Assembly (NCBI GenBank): GCA_964360785.1 | Contig: CAYHXX010000002.1 | Span: 28,107 to 92,106 of the forward strand | Direction: 5' to 3' | DNA length: 64,000 nucleotides | From: an uncultured Gammaproteobacteria bacterium | Lineage (GTDB): Bacteria; Patescibacteriota; Microgenomatia; Woykebacterales; RBG-16-39-9b | Shown: positions 1 through 10,186 of the stretch, in pieces | Numbering within the stretch: the first letter of the stretch is position 1 | Layout of the letters: every line of letters starts with the position of its first letter | The notes under the pieces: model-generated | What the model was told of the DNA's origin: nothing | What the model saw: the letters and a program-made list of their open reading frames with translations, nothing else | Databases searched by the model: none | Program-made: the position numbers and the translations under genes

Positions 1-978
1 ATTTGGTACCTCAATACCAACCAAGGACTTTCCCGGAATTGGAGCTTCTATTCGAACAGTTCCAGTTGGAGCCGCTAACCCAAGGGCAATGTCATTGGAC
101 AAAGCTGTAATCTTGGTAAGTTTTGTTCCAAGGGCAATCTCCAAAGCATATTGGGTAATTGCAGGACCCATATTGACCTCAACTACTCTTGCTTGAATTC
201 CAAAACTTTCAAGTGTTCTTTCGATAATAGAAGCGTTTTGTTTCAAGTCACCTCTCTCGGCTTTGGCACCAAGAGAATCAGTCAGTAAATCAAGAGGTGG
301 GTACTCCCAAACTTGGGACTCTCCAGGTAGATTGGCTACAACTGCAGTACTAATAGCCGGAGTTTCTTCTAGTTTTGGTTTCGGCTGATTTACTTTCATA
401 CCATTGGTGGCAAATGCAGGTTCTTTCTTTTCCTCACCTTCCTTGTTAGCTTTCCCAGCTAGAGTTTTGGCCGCGTTGTAGGAAAAAGATGCTGATTTTC
501 CAACTGCTCCAAACGCTGTTTCCAAAGAAGTATTTAAGGTAACTACTAGAGCAATAAGAGCGGTGATAAACAAAATAAAGGCAGCCCCCGGCTTTGTTAG
601 GAAGTCTCCAAGATATTGGGCAATTGTTGCACCAACCAAACCTGATTGATTGGGGATAAATGTTCCAGTGAACGAAAGTAGAGTTATGAGAAAGATTGAA
701 AAACCAATTGAAGTATTAGCATTGAGAAAAGGCAAGTTTATTTTTAAGAACATCAAACCAAGTAAGACTAACGAAAGTGGGAGGAAAATGACTCCCCAAC
801 CAAAATAATCAAATTCTGCTTGTTTGAGAAGAGCTGCAAAACCGGTATCACTACCCAAGGTAGCTAATAACGACAAACCTGCAAACCCAATCAGAAGCAA
901 ACCAGAAATAGTCTGTAAGGTTTTCTTCTTAAGCTTGAGCTTTATGGGATTTCGGAAAGTTTGTCGTCGTCGGCGCAT
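1..978 (-). CDS. ftsK: FtsK/SpoIIIE DNA translocase, partial; the C-terminal part lies beyond the window start. Not in the ORF track because it is incomplete.
   Basis: Minus-strand translation from the ATG at 976-978 gives an N-terminal TM region, then WEYPPLDLL and IQARVVEVNMGPAITQYALEIALGTKLTKI...VRIEAPIPGKSLVGIEVPN, which matches the conserved FtsK linker/motor entry region. The reading frame stays open to position 1. Confidence 0.75.
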   Translation of the reverse strand, partial: MRRRRQTFRNPIKLKLKKKTLQTISGLLLIGFAGLSLLATLGSDTGFAALLKQAEFDYFGWGVIFLPLSLVLLGLMFLKINLPFLNANTSIGFSIFLITLLSFTGTFIPNQSGLVGATIAQYLGDFLTKPGAAFILFITALIALVVTLNTSLETAFGAVGKSASFSYNAAKTLAGKANKEGEEKKEPAFATNGMKVNQPKPKLEETPAISTAVVANLPGESQVWEYPPLDLLTDSLGAKAERGDLKQNASIIERTLESFGIQARVVEVNMGPAITQYALEIALGTKLTKITALSNDIALGLAAPTGTVRIEAPIPGKSLVGIEVPN

Positions 979-1084
979 TACTTCAATTCTAAACTTTGCT
1001 GCTCGGAGATTCAATGGTAAGAGGTTGAGCAGTAAGTTTTATTAGACTAGCAGAAAAAATTTAGAAAGTCAAACTATGGGTTGT

Positions 1085-1204
1085 TTAAGAAGATAACTTG
1101 AAATCCTTCATTATATATACTACCCAAAATAAAATCCCAATAAGAACTACTAGTAAGATAGTTGCTACAACCAACAAAATTCTGGTTAAACTTTTTGAAT
1201 TCAT
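1085..1204 (-). CDS. possible small single-TM protein (38 aa), not in the ORF track
   Basis: Minus-strand ORF MNSKSLTRILLVVATILLVVLIGILFWVVYIMKDFKLSS between ftsK and rnj. Hydrophobic core, but no clear SD sequence. Confidence 0.2.
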   Translation of the reverse strand: MNSKSLTRILLVVATILLVVLIGILFWVVYIMKDFKLSS

Positions 1205-1212
1205 TTACTTAA

Positions 1213-2928
1213 TTAGATCTCGACAATAACTGGCACAACCATAGGTTTCCGCTGCGTTTTTTGGTAGAGAAAGCGCTCGAGGTCATTGGTGACCTTTTCT
1301 TTTACACTCATCCAGTTTTTTATCTTGTTACCACCATTCAGAGATTTCTTGATCACATTTGTTGCTTCTTTGATCAAAGGTTCAGATTGTTTCATATAAA
1401 CAAACCCACGGGAAACCAGATCCGGCTCTCCAATAATAGCTCCTCGAGCTTTATCGATGGTAAGGATAACGACTACAATCCCTTCTTCTGCCAAAACTTT
1501 GCGGTCGCGCAGCACCACTTCACCAACATCACCAACACCAATACCATCAACAAAGATATTTTCAGTGGGTATCTCTCCTACAATCTTGGCTCCCTGTTCA
1601 CTAAACTCTATTACCCCAGCTTCATCAACTATTAAGACGTTTTGTTTTGGGATCCCAGTACTTTCAGCCAATACCCCGTACTGTTTCATCATTCGATGCA
1701 TCGCTGAGATAGGAACAGCGTATTTTGGTTTGGTCAAGGAAAGCATCAAGATCAGCTCGTCTTGGGCAGCGTGCCCAGAGACGTGGAAGTCAGAAGTGAT
1801 ATCAGAATAGAGAACATTGGCTCCGAGTCTTGAGAGATTATCAATCATTTCATAAACGGCGTCTTGGTTCCCTGGGATTGGGTCAGCCGAAAAAACAACT
1901 TCGTCGCCTGGTTTGATACAAATAAAACGGTGATCGCTGTTGGCAATTCGATTTAGAGCACTACCCGGTTGTCCTTGGCTGCCAGCAACGATTAAAGTCA
2001 AGTTCTTATCGTTAGTTCGTTCGATTTCCTCTTGTTTAATGAGAAGATCCTTCGGGATTGAAATGTAGCCGAGATTTTGGGCGGTAAGCAAATTATTGTC
2101 CATGGACCGACCGACAACACAAACCTTGCGGTGAAACTTGATGGAAGCGTTTATAGCTTGTTGGACTCGGGAAATGTTTGAAGCAAATGTAGTGATTATT
2201 ACCCTTCCTTTGGCATTCTCCATCACTTTCTCAAACTTTTCTTGAATTGCTGCCTCCGAAAGTGTGTTACCAGGCTTTTCGCTACGTAAACAATCACTCA
2301 TGAGAGCGAGAACTCCTTTTCGTCCATACTCAGTCAAAAGATCAACATCTGTGGTTTTCCCATCGAGCGGTGTCCAGTCAAATTTGTAGTCTCCAGTGTG
2401 GATAGTAGTACCAAGTGGGGTGGTAAGAGCGTAGCCGACAGAATCTGGTATCGAGTGGCTTACACGAAACGCTTCGACTCGAAATGCTCCCAGATTAAAC
2501 TGCTCCCCAGGATTAATCTGAACAATTTTAGTTGTATTGAGTTTATTGGCTTCCTTAAGTTTATTTTTAATCAAACCGACAGTTAACCGAGTGGCATAAA
2601 CAGTTGTGTTTAACTTATCAATCAAATAAGGAATTGCGCCAATATGGTCTTCATGGCCGTGAGTGATAAGTAAACCCCGAATTTTCTTTTGTTTATCTCG
2701 CAAATAGGAAACATCTGGAATCACCATATCCACCCCATAGAGCTGCTCACTGGGAAAACCCATACCGCAATCAACTAAAACAATGTCGTCACCATATTCG
2801 TAGACAAACATGTTTTTGGTAACCTGACCATTACCTCCAAGAGGTATGAACTTTAAAACTTTTTTATTTTGTTGACTATTCTGAGAATTAAATTTTTTAT
2901 CCATAACTTTGTTTATTTTAGTCTTCAA
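1213..2928 (-). CDS. rnj: ribonuclease J (beta-CASP metallo-beta-lactamase RNase)
   Basis: HGHEDHIGAIPY motif, beta-CASP layout, 571 aa. Confidence 0.85.
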   Translation of the reverse strand: MKTKINKVMDKKFNSQNSQQNKKVLKFIPLGGNGQVTKNMFVYEYGDDIVLVDCGMGFPSEQLYGVDMVIPDVSYLRDKQKKIRGLLITHGHEDHIGAIPYLIDKLNTTVYATRLTVGLIKNKLKEANKLNTTKIVQINPGEQFNLGAFRVEAFRVSHSIPDSVGYALTTPLGTTIHTGDYKFDWTPLDGKTTDVDLLTEYGRKGVLALMSDCLRSEKPGNTLSEAAIQEKFEKVMENAKGRVIITTFASNISRVQQAINASIKFHRKVCVVGRSMDNNLLTAQNLGYISIPKDLLIKQEEIERTNDKNLTLIVAGSQGQPGSALNRIANSDHRFICIKPGDEVVFSADPIPGNQDAVYEMIDNLSRLGANVLYSDITSDFHVSGHAAQDELILMLSLTKPKYAVPISAMHRMMKQYGVLAESTGIPKQNVLIVDEAGVIEFSEQGAKIVGEIPTENIFVDGIGVGDVGEVVLRDRKVLAEEGIVVVILTIDKARGAIIGEPDLVSRGFVYMKQSEPLIKEATNVIKKSLNGGNKIKNWMSVKEKVTNDLERFLYQKTQRKPMVVPVIVEI

Positions 2929-2932
2929 TTTG

Positions 2933-3553
2933 CTAGAAGAGCTTCACCTGATTTGTATCTTCGTCTGGGTCCTTCTCTATCATAAAGCCCTGATCTGGAT
3001 TTTGCAGCAACTCTTTATTCTTAAGGAAATCCTCCTGAAAAGCTTGCATCATCCCAGTACCTCTCAAAGCGGCTGCCGGGTGATACATCGGGATCACAAT
3101 GTAAACTCCGACTCTTCTAGCTTGCCCGTGAACTGCTGAAATCTTGACACTGGGCAAAAACTTCGCCATCGAGAACCTTCCTAAGGTAACTACAATCTTT
3201 GGCCGAATTATCAAAAGTTGCTGATCAAGCCAATGGCTACAGGAAAGTATTTCACTTGGAAATGGGTCTCGGTTTTCCGGTGGTCGGTGCTTGACTACAT
3301 TTCCAATAAAAACTTCACTTCTTTTCAAGCCTACTTTCTCAAGCGTGCTATCAAGTAACTTGCCAGCCCGACCGACAAATGGTCGTCCCGATTGATCCTC
3401 AAAGTAACCAGGACCTTCACCAATAAAGAAGATCTTGGCGTTTGGGTCACCCTCTCCCGAAACTGCGTTGGTAGTACCTTTGTAAAGAGGACAAGCAGTA
3501 CACTTTTTGATTTTCTCACTTAAGTTTTCAAGAGCAATCTCGTTACTTTCCAT
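2933..3553 (-). CDS. uracil-DNA glycosylase, family 4
   Basis: CTACPLYK...GEGPGYFEDQSGRPFVGRAGKLLD and HPAAALR motifs typical of family-4 UDG. Confidence 0.75.
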   Translation of the reverse strand: MESNEIALENLSEKIKKCTACPLYKGTTNAVSGEGDPNAKIFFIGEGPGYFEDQSGRPFVGRAGKLLDSTLEKVGLKRSEVFIGNVVKHRPPENRDPFPSEILSCSHWLDQQLLIIRPKIVVTLGRFSMAKFLPSVKISAVHGQARRVGVYIVIPMYHPAAALRGTGMMQAFQEDFLKNKELLQNPDQGFMIEKDPDEDTNQVKLF

Positions 3554-3619
3554 AATCGAGTCTTCAAGATTATATGACGCCTCAGCGACATATATTCAAG
3601 CCATCGAAAAAATATAGTG

Positions 3620-5713
3620 TTACCCTTCAAACTTCCGGGTTAGATTGAGCCTGCCCTTTTCATCCACCTCTTTGACGATCACATCAATTTTTTGACCCAA
3701 CTTAACTTCGCGATTTATATCCTCAACCCGGTACGGAGCGATTGCCGAAATATGAACCAAACCCTCTAGCCCTGGCATAATCTCCACAAAAGCCCCAAAC
3801 GGCATTATTTTTTTGATCGTTCCAGAAAACTGTTCCCCTGGTTTTGGTTCGTGTGTCAAACCATCAATAATTTTCATGGCTTCTTCGGTTTTCTCTGGGT
3901 CGTTTCCGGAAATCATCACCGTACCATCATCTTCGATATCAATCTCGACGCCAGTATCTTCGATAATCTTATTGATTGTTTTACCACCAGTACCGATCAC
4001 AGCACCGATTTTCTTTGGTGAAATATGCATGACACTCACTCTTGGAGCGTATTTGGACATATCTTCACGAACCTTGGGCATTACTTCAAGCATCTTGCCG
4101 AGAATGTGATCGCGCCCAACTTTTCCATCTTTGAAAGTTTCTTTAACCATTTCTATTGTCAGCCCGTCAATTTTTACATCTAGCTGGATTGCGGTAATAC
4201 CTTTTTCTGTTCCGGCAATCTTGAAGTCCATATCGCCATAAAAATCTTCGAGTGCTTGAATATCTGTCAGAACTTTCCAGGTATCACCTTCTGTGACCAG
4301 CCCCATGGCAATACCAGAAACTGGAGCTGAGATAGGAACACCTGCGTCCATCAAAGCTAGTATTGATCCACAAGTAGATCCCATTGAAGTTGATCCAGAA
4401 GAACTCATTACCTCAGAAACTACTCGCACAGTGTAGGGAAATTTATCCGATGGCGGCATTACATTTACCATAGCTTTCTCCGCAAGTGCGCCATGACCAA
4501 TTTCGCGTCTTCCAGGAGTACCCATACGACGTACCTCTCCAGTAGAGAATGGTGGGAAGTAGTAGTGGTGCATGAAACGTTTTGTTTCTTCACCTTCCAT
4601 AGTGTCAATCATCTGCTCAAGTGACGTAGATCCGAGAGTAGCTACTGACAAAACGTGGGTCTCACCGCGTTTGAAAAGTGCAGAACCATGAGTTCGTGGT
4701 AACAAACCAACCTCAACCTCGATCTTACGGACATCCTGTGTTTTACGTCCATCTGGGCGCTTACCTTCGTCAATAATAGCTTCTCGCACCATTTTCTTCA
4801 CAGTTTCTTCAAAGATCTCGGTCATTACATCTTTGGAAAGCTTACCTTCATAGTCAACAAAGATTGCTTCTTTCAGCTCTTCAGCGGCTGTCTCACGATC
4901 AGCTCTTTCTGCGTTAAACAACTTTTCCTTGAAGTTGTCTTTGATGTGCTGAACAATTTCTTTCTTGAGCTCCTGATTAACCTCTTTGATTTCGTAAGAA
5001 TGGTCAACCTTTCCAACTTCCTTGACCCATTGATCAATAAAGTCAAAAACTGGCTCAACGCTCTTTTTGGCAAACTCAATTGCCTCGAGAACTGTCTTTT
5101 CTGGAACTTCTTTGGCTTCCGCTTCGATCATAACTGTTTTATCGCGGTTGAAAGTCACCAGCAGTTGCAATTCGCTTTGTTCCTCCTGAGTATGGGTTGG
5201 GTTTAGTACAAACTTACCGTCGATAAGTCCGACTGTAGCCGAGGCTACTGGACCCTTCCAAGGTACGCTGGAACTTTTGATGGCTGCTGAAGCGGCAATC
5301 AAACCAAGGTTGGCGGCGTCGTTTTCCATATCATAAGAAAGTACAGTGATGATCACTTGGACTTGATTGAAATAATCTTTGGGAAAAAGGGGTCTGATGG
5401 AACGGTCGATCAATCTGCCCGAAAGTATGGCATTCTCAGTCGGACGACCTTCGCGTTTGATAAATCTCGATCCAGAGATTCTTCCGGAAGCGTAAAACTT
5501 TTCCTCAAACTCAACTGAGAGTGGAAAGTAGCCCAGGTCTTCTGAGGCTTGCGCGTGAACTACGGTAACTAGTACAACGGTATCACCATATTGGGCAAGA
5601 ATCGTACTATCAGCTTGGGTCTCAATCCGACCGGTTTCAAAGCTTAAAGTCCGACCTCCCCAGGTAATTTCTTTTTTAATAACACCTTGGTTTTTAGCAG
5701 ATTTTTCTGTCAT
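3620..5713 (-). CDS. pnp: polynucleotide phosphorylase
   Basis: 697 aa. Two RNase PH domains plus KH and S1 at the C-terminus (GEQFSGTIKKIMPFGAFVEI). Confidence 0.9.
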   Translation of the reverse strand: MTEKSAKNQGVIKKEITWGGRTLSFETGRIETQADSTILAQYGDTVVLVTVVHAQASEDLGYFPLSVEFEEKFYASGRISGSRFIKREGRPTENAILSGRLIDRSIRPLFPKDYFNQVQVIITVLSYDMENDAANLGLIAASAAIKSSSVPWKGPVASATVGLIDGKFVLNPTHTQEEQSELQLLVTFNRDKTVMIEAEAKEVPEKTVLEAIEFAKKSVEPVFDFIDQWVKEVGKVDHSYEIKEVNQELKKEIVQHIKDNFKEKLFNAERADRETAAEELKEAIFVDYEGKLSKDVMTEIFEETVKKMVREAIIDEGKRPDGRKTQDVRKIEVEVGLLPRTHGSALFKRGETHVLSVATLGSTSLEQMIDTMEGEETKRFMHHYYFPPFSTGEVRRMGTPGRREIGHGALAEKAMVNVMPPSDKFPYTVRVVSEVMSSSGSTSMGSTCGSILALMDAGVPISAPVSGIAMGLVTEGDTWKVLTDIQALEDFYGDMDFKIAGTEKGITAIQLDVKIDGLTIEMVKETFKDGKVGRDHILGKMLEVMPKVREDMSKYAPRVSVMHISPKKIGAVIGTGGKTINKIIEDTGVEIDIEDDGTVMISGNDPEKTEEAMKIIDGLTHEPKPGEQFSGTIKKIMPFGAFVEIMPGLEGLVHISAIAPYRVEDINREVKLGQKIDVIVKEVDEKGRLNLTRKFEG

Positions 5714-5838
5714 TTATTTTTTATTTGAGGGAAGAACAAGTGCCAACGTGACCAAAGAAGCATTTCCCGAACCCTGCCTTGGTTACATCGGCTCTCAAAT
5801 TCCCTTTTTTACTCCTTAATAATATTTTAATAGTAATC

Positions 5839-6108
5839 TTACTTACTTAGTCCCAACTTCTCGACAATTTGTTTGTAGCGGTCTGGGTCTTTTCTTGTCA
5901 AATACATCAGAATCCGACGTCTCTTATTGACCATCTGCAAAAGACCCCGACGGGAATGGACATCCTGCTTGTGCAGCTTGAGATGTTCTGTCAGTTTCTT
6001 AACTCGCTCGGTCAAAAGTGCGATTTGGACTTCTGGTGAACCAGTATCGCCCTCGTGTTGAGCGTAATCAGATAATATTTTTTGCTTTTCTTCTTTTACT
6101 AAACTCAT
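5839..6108 (-). CDS. rpsO: 30S ribosomal protein S15
   Basis: 89 aa. Conserved [41 protein letters not shown]. Confidence 0.9.
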   Translation of the reverse strand: MSLVKEEKQKILSDYAQHEGDTGSPEVQIALLTERVKKLTEHLKLHKQDVHSRRGLLQMVNKRRRILMYLTRKDPDRYKQIVEKLGLSK

Positions 6109-6249
6109 AAATTCTTATTTATACGTCTTCGTATATTTTTTTAGTAGTTTTTGGCAGCATTTTAATTATAACTCGCTAGAGTTACAAGCGCGAGATGTAT
6201 TCTTGCGATTATACCAGACTCTAGCTTCAACTTTCAACCTAGAACAAAC

Positions 6250-7071
6250 TTAAGACACTCTTGAGCTTCGGAAAATTTTTGGTGAAAGCCAATTTTCAGG
6301 AGTTTCTTGCTTCTCAGTTTCCTCTGTTTTGGTCGTCTCCTTTTCAAAACTGACCATCCCCGGTATCATACAGCGCTTTAGGTAAGCTGCTGCCTCAAAG
6401 GTTGTTGGGTCAGAAACTGCCGTGAAATTGTTGGTTGCTTCTCTGATACCGACCAACATTATCTCCGCTGCTTTTGTTGGCAAAAGAATTTTCGCATTCT
6501 TGAATGTATTGGTTGCCAGATAACAAACCCCGTCTGTAGTTGTTGAAACTAAGTTAATTTTTGCAAACTGTGTGTTTTCTCGATTTGTATCAAAATTCAG
6601 GCTTGGTAGTCGGTTGAAAAGATCAAGCTCTACACCGAAATTTCTCAATTCCTCAAGGTTGGCAACCCCAACCGTTAGAACCAAGTCAAACTTCTGTCCC
6701 TTATAAGAATAGGTTATATCTGCTGGATTGATTCTTTTTCCGTGTGAATTAACTATCAGGTCAAACCTGTTGCCTTCGATGTTGTAACTTACTTTATCAA
6801 GCTGAGCTGCCGCCCAGTCAAAACTAATGACCAAACTTTCTGGGTCAAGTTTTGCTCTAATAAATTCTGGTTTTACTAGGGGTCTAGCTGCTATCGGAAG
6901 TTCTCTATTTGTCAGAAGCAAACTTTGCTTTTTGTAGGCCCCAAAAATTTCAACCAAACTCGCTGCTAAACAAGCAAGGTCATTATCCATATTGTCGCCC
7001 AGGATAACCAGAGCGCTCTGGGATTTGTCAAACAATTCTTTTAGCTGAAAACTGACAACATTAATCTGCAT
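6250..7071 (-). CDS. hypothetical protein, possibly a degenerate DHH-family (NrnA-like) phosphoesterase, in the infB-rpsO interval
   Basis: ILGDNMDNDLACLAASL resembles DHH motif I/II. The DHH triad itself is not conserved (NSHG). Synteny with rbfA/nrnA/truB positions in other bacteria. Confidence 0.35.
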   Translation of the reverse strand: MQINVVSFQLKELFDKSQSALVILGDNMDNDLACLAASLVEIFGAYKKQSLLLTNRELPIAARPLVKPEFIRAKLDPESLVISFDWAAAQLDKVSYNIEGNRFDLIVNSHGKRINPADITYSYKGQKFDLVLTVGVANLEELRNFGVELDLFNRLPSLNFDTNRENTQFAKINLVSTTTDGVCYLATNTFKNAKILLPTKAAEIMLVGIREATNNFTAVSDPTTFEAAAYLKRCMIPGMVSFEKETTKTEETEKQETPENWLSPKIFRSSRVS

Positions 7072-7115
7072 AAGCTAATTCAGTATAATAAAGACACTAG
7101 ATAATACTATGGGTA

Positions 7116-8591
7116 TTAAGAAAATGCAACAATAACATCGCCTTTGTCAAAATCGGCGAAATTCTCAAACAATAAACCACATTCTTCACCTTCCTTGGCC
7201 GTGTTAATTTCTTTTTGGAGATGACGAATACTTTTTATCCTAGTAGTTCCAATCTCCTCTTCATCCCTGAGAAATCTTACGCGATCACCTTTAGCTAATC
7301 GGGACTCAGTTATCTTTGTTCCCGCAATTTTTCCGTAGCTCGTGTCAAAGATCGCAATGATCTGACCTCGACCTAAAATCTTCTCGCGTTTTGCATCAAC
7401 CAGAAGTTCCAATCCTTCTTTTAGTTCATCAAGCAATTCGTAGATAATACTGTAGGAACGAATCATTACTTTTTCCTCTTCAGCAAGCTTTTCCGCTGAC
7501 TTCGCAATTTTTACGTTGAAAGAAATTATTAGTGCTTTTGTTGAGGCAGCCAATAGCACATCGGAGTCTGAAACTTCTCCAGTTTCTTTGTGAACAATAT
7601 TGACCTTACGTTCCTGATCACTCAAGGATTCGATTGCTGCGATTATAGCTTCCAAAGAACCGACAACATCTGCTTTCACAATTAGATTTATCTGGGTTTT
7701 TCCACTATTGGCTAGGGAAGCGAATGGGTCTCTTTTTTCGACTTTCTCTTCTGAAGTATCTACCTCTGAGTTCGCTGCGTTTACCAAGGTCACAACCTCA
7801 CCTACGCCTGGAACTTTTTCAAACCCGAGAATTTCGACTGGCATTGAAACACCAGCTTCTTTTTGTTGTTTTCCATCACTATCAATCAGTGATTTAACTT
7901 TCCCAAAACATTCTTTACTTTTTATCTGGTCGCCGATTTTCAGTTTGCCTTTTTTTACCAAAATAGTTGCTAGCGGACCACGAAATTTATCAAGGGAGGA
8001 TTCAATCACAACACCTTCAAAATTTGCAGAACTTTCATCTTTCAACTCTGCCATTTCGGCCACAAGGTTGATCATTTCAAGAAGATCGTCCACACCTTGC
8101 CCAGTCTTAGCTGAGATGGGAACAGTCACAACATCGCCACCATAACCTTCCGCCAAAACCCCAGCTTCTGAGAGCCCTTTTTTTACCCGATCAACGTTGG
8201 CACCAGGAGCGTCCATCTTGTTTATCGCAACTATCATTGGAACCCCAGCGCTCTTGATGTGAGTAATCGATTCTTTTGTCTGTGGCATCACACCATCATC
8301 TGCAGCAACCACCAGAATAACAATATCAGTTATGTTTGCCCCGCGAGCACGCATGGCGGAAAAAGCCGCGTGTCCCGGAGTATCAATAAAGGTAATCGTC
8401 TTACCATCTTTGGTGATCTGATAAGCACCAATGTGCTGAGTGATACCACCATGTTCTTTTTCGGCAACTTTTGTGCTACGGATGTAATCTAGAAGAGTGG
8501 TCTTACCATGGTCAACATGACCCATGATAGTAACAATTGGGGCTCGTGAGGGAGTATTCTTTTTTGTAGTTTCTGTTTTTGTTTTTGCCAC
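7116..8591 (-). CDS. infB: translation initiation factor IF-2; short form of 491 aa that lacks the N-terminal domains
   Basis: G domain [21 protein letters not shown], followed by the IF2 beta-barrel domains. Confidence 0.85.
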   Translation of the reverse strand: MAKTKTETTKKNTPSRAPIVTIMGHVDHGKTTLLDYIRSTKVAEKEHGGITQHIGAYQITKDGKTITFIDTPGHAAFSAMRARGANITDIVILVVAADDGVMPQTKESITHIKSAGVPMIVAINKMDAPGANVDRVKKGLSEAGVLAEGYGGDVVTVPISAKTGQGVDDLLEMINLVAEMAELKDESSANFEGVVIESSLDKFRGPLATILVKKGKLKIGDQIKSKECFGKVKSLIDSDGKQQKEAGVSMPVEILGFEKVPGVGEVVTLVNAANSEVDTSEEKVEKRDPFASLANSGKTQINLIVKADVVGSLEAIIAAIESLSDQERKVNIVHKETGEVSDSDVLLAASTKALIISFNVKIAKSAEKLAEEEKVMIRSYSIIYELLDELKEGLELLVDAKREKILGRGQIIAIFDTSYGKIAGTKITESRLAKGDRVRFLRDEEEIGTTRIKSIRHLQKEINTAKEGEECGLLFENFADFDKGDVIVAFS

Positions 8592-8609
8592 AACAGGTTT
8601 CTTTCCACT

Positions 8610-9674
8610 TTAATTTTCTTTGGTTTTAGTTTTCTTCTTGAGCGCTGCTTTCTTTGGTTTCGCCACTTTCTTTTCTTTAGTTTTACCTGATTCTTTAGTT
8701 TCCTTGATTTTCACTTCTTCCTTTAAGGATTCTAGGCCTTCAGCACCTTTAATATCTATTCTCCAACCAGTTAATTTAGCTCCCAATCTAACATTTTGCC
8801 CGTCCTTACCAATGGCAAGTGAAAGCTGGTCTTCTGGAACTTCGACATGAGCTGTTTTTTCTGCTTCATCAATCGCTACTTTCCCCACAGTTGCGGGTGA
8901 AAGTGAAGAGGCAACAAACTTTGCTGGATCGTCGCTGTACTGGATGATATCAATTTTTTCATTTCCCAGTTCTGCAATAACTGCCTGAACTCGGACACCT
9001 TTTTGGCCAACACAACTTCCAACGGGATCCACCCCTGCTTGACGAGAAAAAACCGCAACTTTACTGCGCGATCCTGCTTCCCGAGAAATTGATTTTATTT
9101 CCACCAAACCGGAGCCGATTTCTGGAACTTCTAGTTTAAATAGGCCTTCAACCAACCCTTTGTGAGCACGGGAGACAACAATTTCCTGTCCTCGAGAACC
9201 TTCACGAATACCAACGATATAAAATTTCAGTCTTTGGTTGAGCCGAAGGTCTTCACCAGTCATTCGCTCTGCAGCTGGCATGGTACCCTCGGTCTTGCCA
9301 ATATCCACAACGACATTCGGCCCTTCAAGTCTCTGGACCATTCCGTTGACAATAGTTCCAACTTTTTTCTCATACTCGGTCAGAATGGCACCTTTTTCGG
9401 CTTCACGAATTCTTTGCAAAAGTACTTGTTTAGCAGTTTGGGCGGCAATCCTACCAAAACCTTCTGGGGTCACTTCTTTACCTTCTTTAAAGACTTTGAC
9501 GCCACCGTGCTCGGTATCTAGTTCAACTACAAGCTCATCGTCTTCTGATCCATAGTCTTTACGAAAAGCTGCTTTGATTGCTTCTTTCATGATGCTAACT
9601 ACTTCTTCTGGTTCAACACCACGTTCAGCTGCTGCTTGATTAAGGGCGGCTGCAAATTCTGTTCTCAGTGCCAC
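8610..9674 (-). CDS. nusA: transcription termination/antitermination factor NusA (GTG start)
   Basis: S1/KH architecture. Start codon is GTG at 9672-9674, preceded by GGAGG. Confidence 0.85.
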   Translation of the reverse strand: MALRTEFAAALNQAAAERGVEPEEVVSIMKEAIKAAFRKDYGSEDDELVVELDTEHGGVKVFKEGKEVTPEGFGRIAAQTAKQVLLQRIREAEKGAILTEYEKKVGTIVNGMVQRLEGPNVVVDIGKTEGTMPAAERMTGEDLRLNQRLKFYIVGIREGSRGQEIVVSRAHKGLVEGLFKLEVPEIGSGLVEIKSISREAGSRSKVAVFSRQAGVDPVGSCVGQKGVRVQAVIAELGNEKIDIIQYSDDPAKFVASSLSPATVGKVAIDEAEKTAHVEVPEDQLSLAIGKDGQNVRLGAKLTGWRIDIKGAEGLESLKEEVKIKETKESGKTKEKKVAKPKKAALKKKTKTKEN

Positions 9675-9744
9675 TTTTGTTTTCCTCCTAAATACTTACT
9701 ACCTTATTTTAAGTATTAAAAAAGTAAATTCACTTCGTTCTTTG

Positions 9745-9768
9745 CTTTTTTTGATCTAGATCAAAAAA
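9745..9768. promoter_or_regulatory. perfect 24-bp palindrome TTTTTTTGATCTAGATCAAAAAAA in the divergent nusA / tRNA-operon intergenic region; candidate operator or leader hairpin
   Basis: Read directly from the sequence. Adjacent hairpin GTGGGACGTTATCCCAC at 9769-9785. Confidence 0.4.
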
Positions 9769-9882
9769 AGTGGGACGTTATCCCACTTAAAGTAAGGCTA
9801 ATTAAACTAGTTGACAATATAGCACTTGGAACCTCGCTGGTCAAGACCGTTGGTACTAGTTTTTATTAATTGGCAGTGCTAT

Positions 9883-9911
9883 TGACAAATTTTTGCCTCA
9901 AGCATAAAATC
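9883..9911 (+). promoter_or_regulatory. sigma70-like promoter for the tRNA operon (TTGACA-17-TAAAAT)
   Basis: TTGACA at 9883-9888, 17-nt spacer, TAAAAT at 9906-9911, about 15 nt upstream of the first tRNA. Confidence 0.45.
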
Positions 9912-9925
9912 TGCAATTGTGTGCT

Positions 9926-10000
9926 GGTCCTGTAGCTCAGGGGTAGAGCCGGAGATTCCAAATCTCTAAGTCGGAGGTTCGATTCCTCCCAGGGCCGCCA
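9926..10000 (+). tRNA. tRNA-Trp (anticodon CCA)
   Basis: Cloverleaf folded by hand: acceptor GGTCCTG/CAGGGCC, T loop TTCGATT, anticodon loop TTCCAAA, encoded CCA end. Confidence 0.8.
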
Positions 10001-10002
10001 AC

Positions 10003-10077
10003 GCGGAAGTAGCTCAGTGGTAGAGCACTAGATAGGGGATCTAGGGGCCACACGTTCGAATCGTGTCTTCCGCTCCA
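10003..10077 (+). tRNA. tRNA-Pro (tentative anticodon GGG)
   Basis: Acceptor GCGGAAG/CTTCCGC, T loop TTCGAAT, CCA end. The anticodon arm CTAGA-TAGGGGA-TCTAG gives GGG with G37, but an unusual A at position 33. Confidence 0.6.
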
Positions 10078-10107
10078 AGAGAGATTCCTCCGCTTTGTCG
10101 GAGTAAA

Positions 10108-10183
10108 GGGTGCATAGCTCAACTGGAAGAGCGTTCCCTTCGCAAGGGAAAGGTTGGAGGTTCGAGCCCTCTTGCATCCACCA
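10108..10183 (+). tRNA. tRNA-Ala (anticodon CGC)
   Basis: G3:U70 identity pair in the acceptor stem. Anticodon loop TTCGCAA, T loop TTCGAGC, CCA end. Confidence 0.8.
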
Positions 10184-10186
10184 AAC

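Noticed and set aside
824-1045. Plus-strand 73-aa ORF
   Set aside because: Antisense to the FtsK N-terminal coding region and upstream DNA. No SD. FtsK frame is clearly the real gene.
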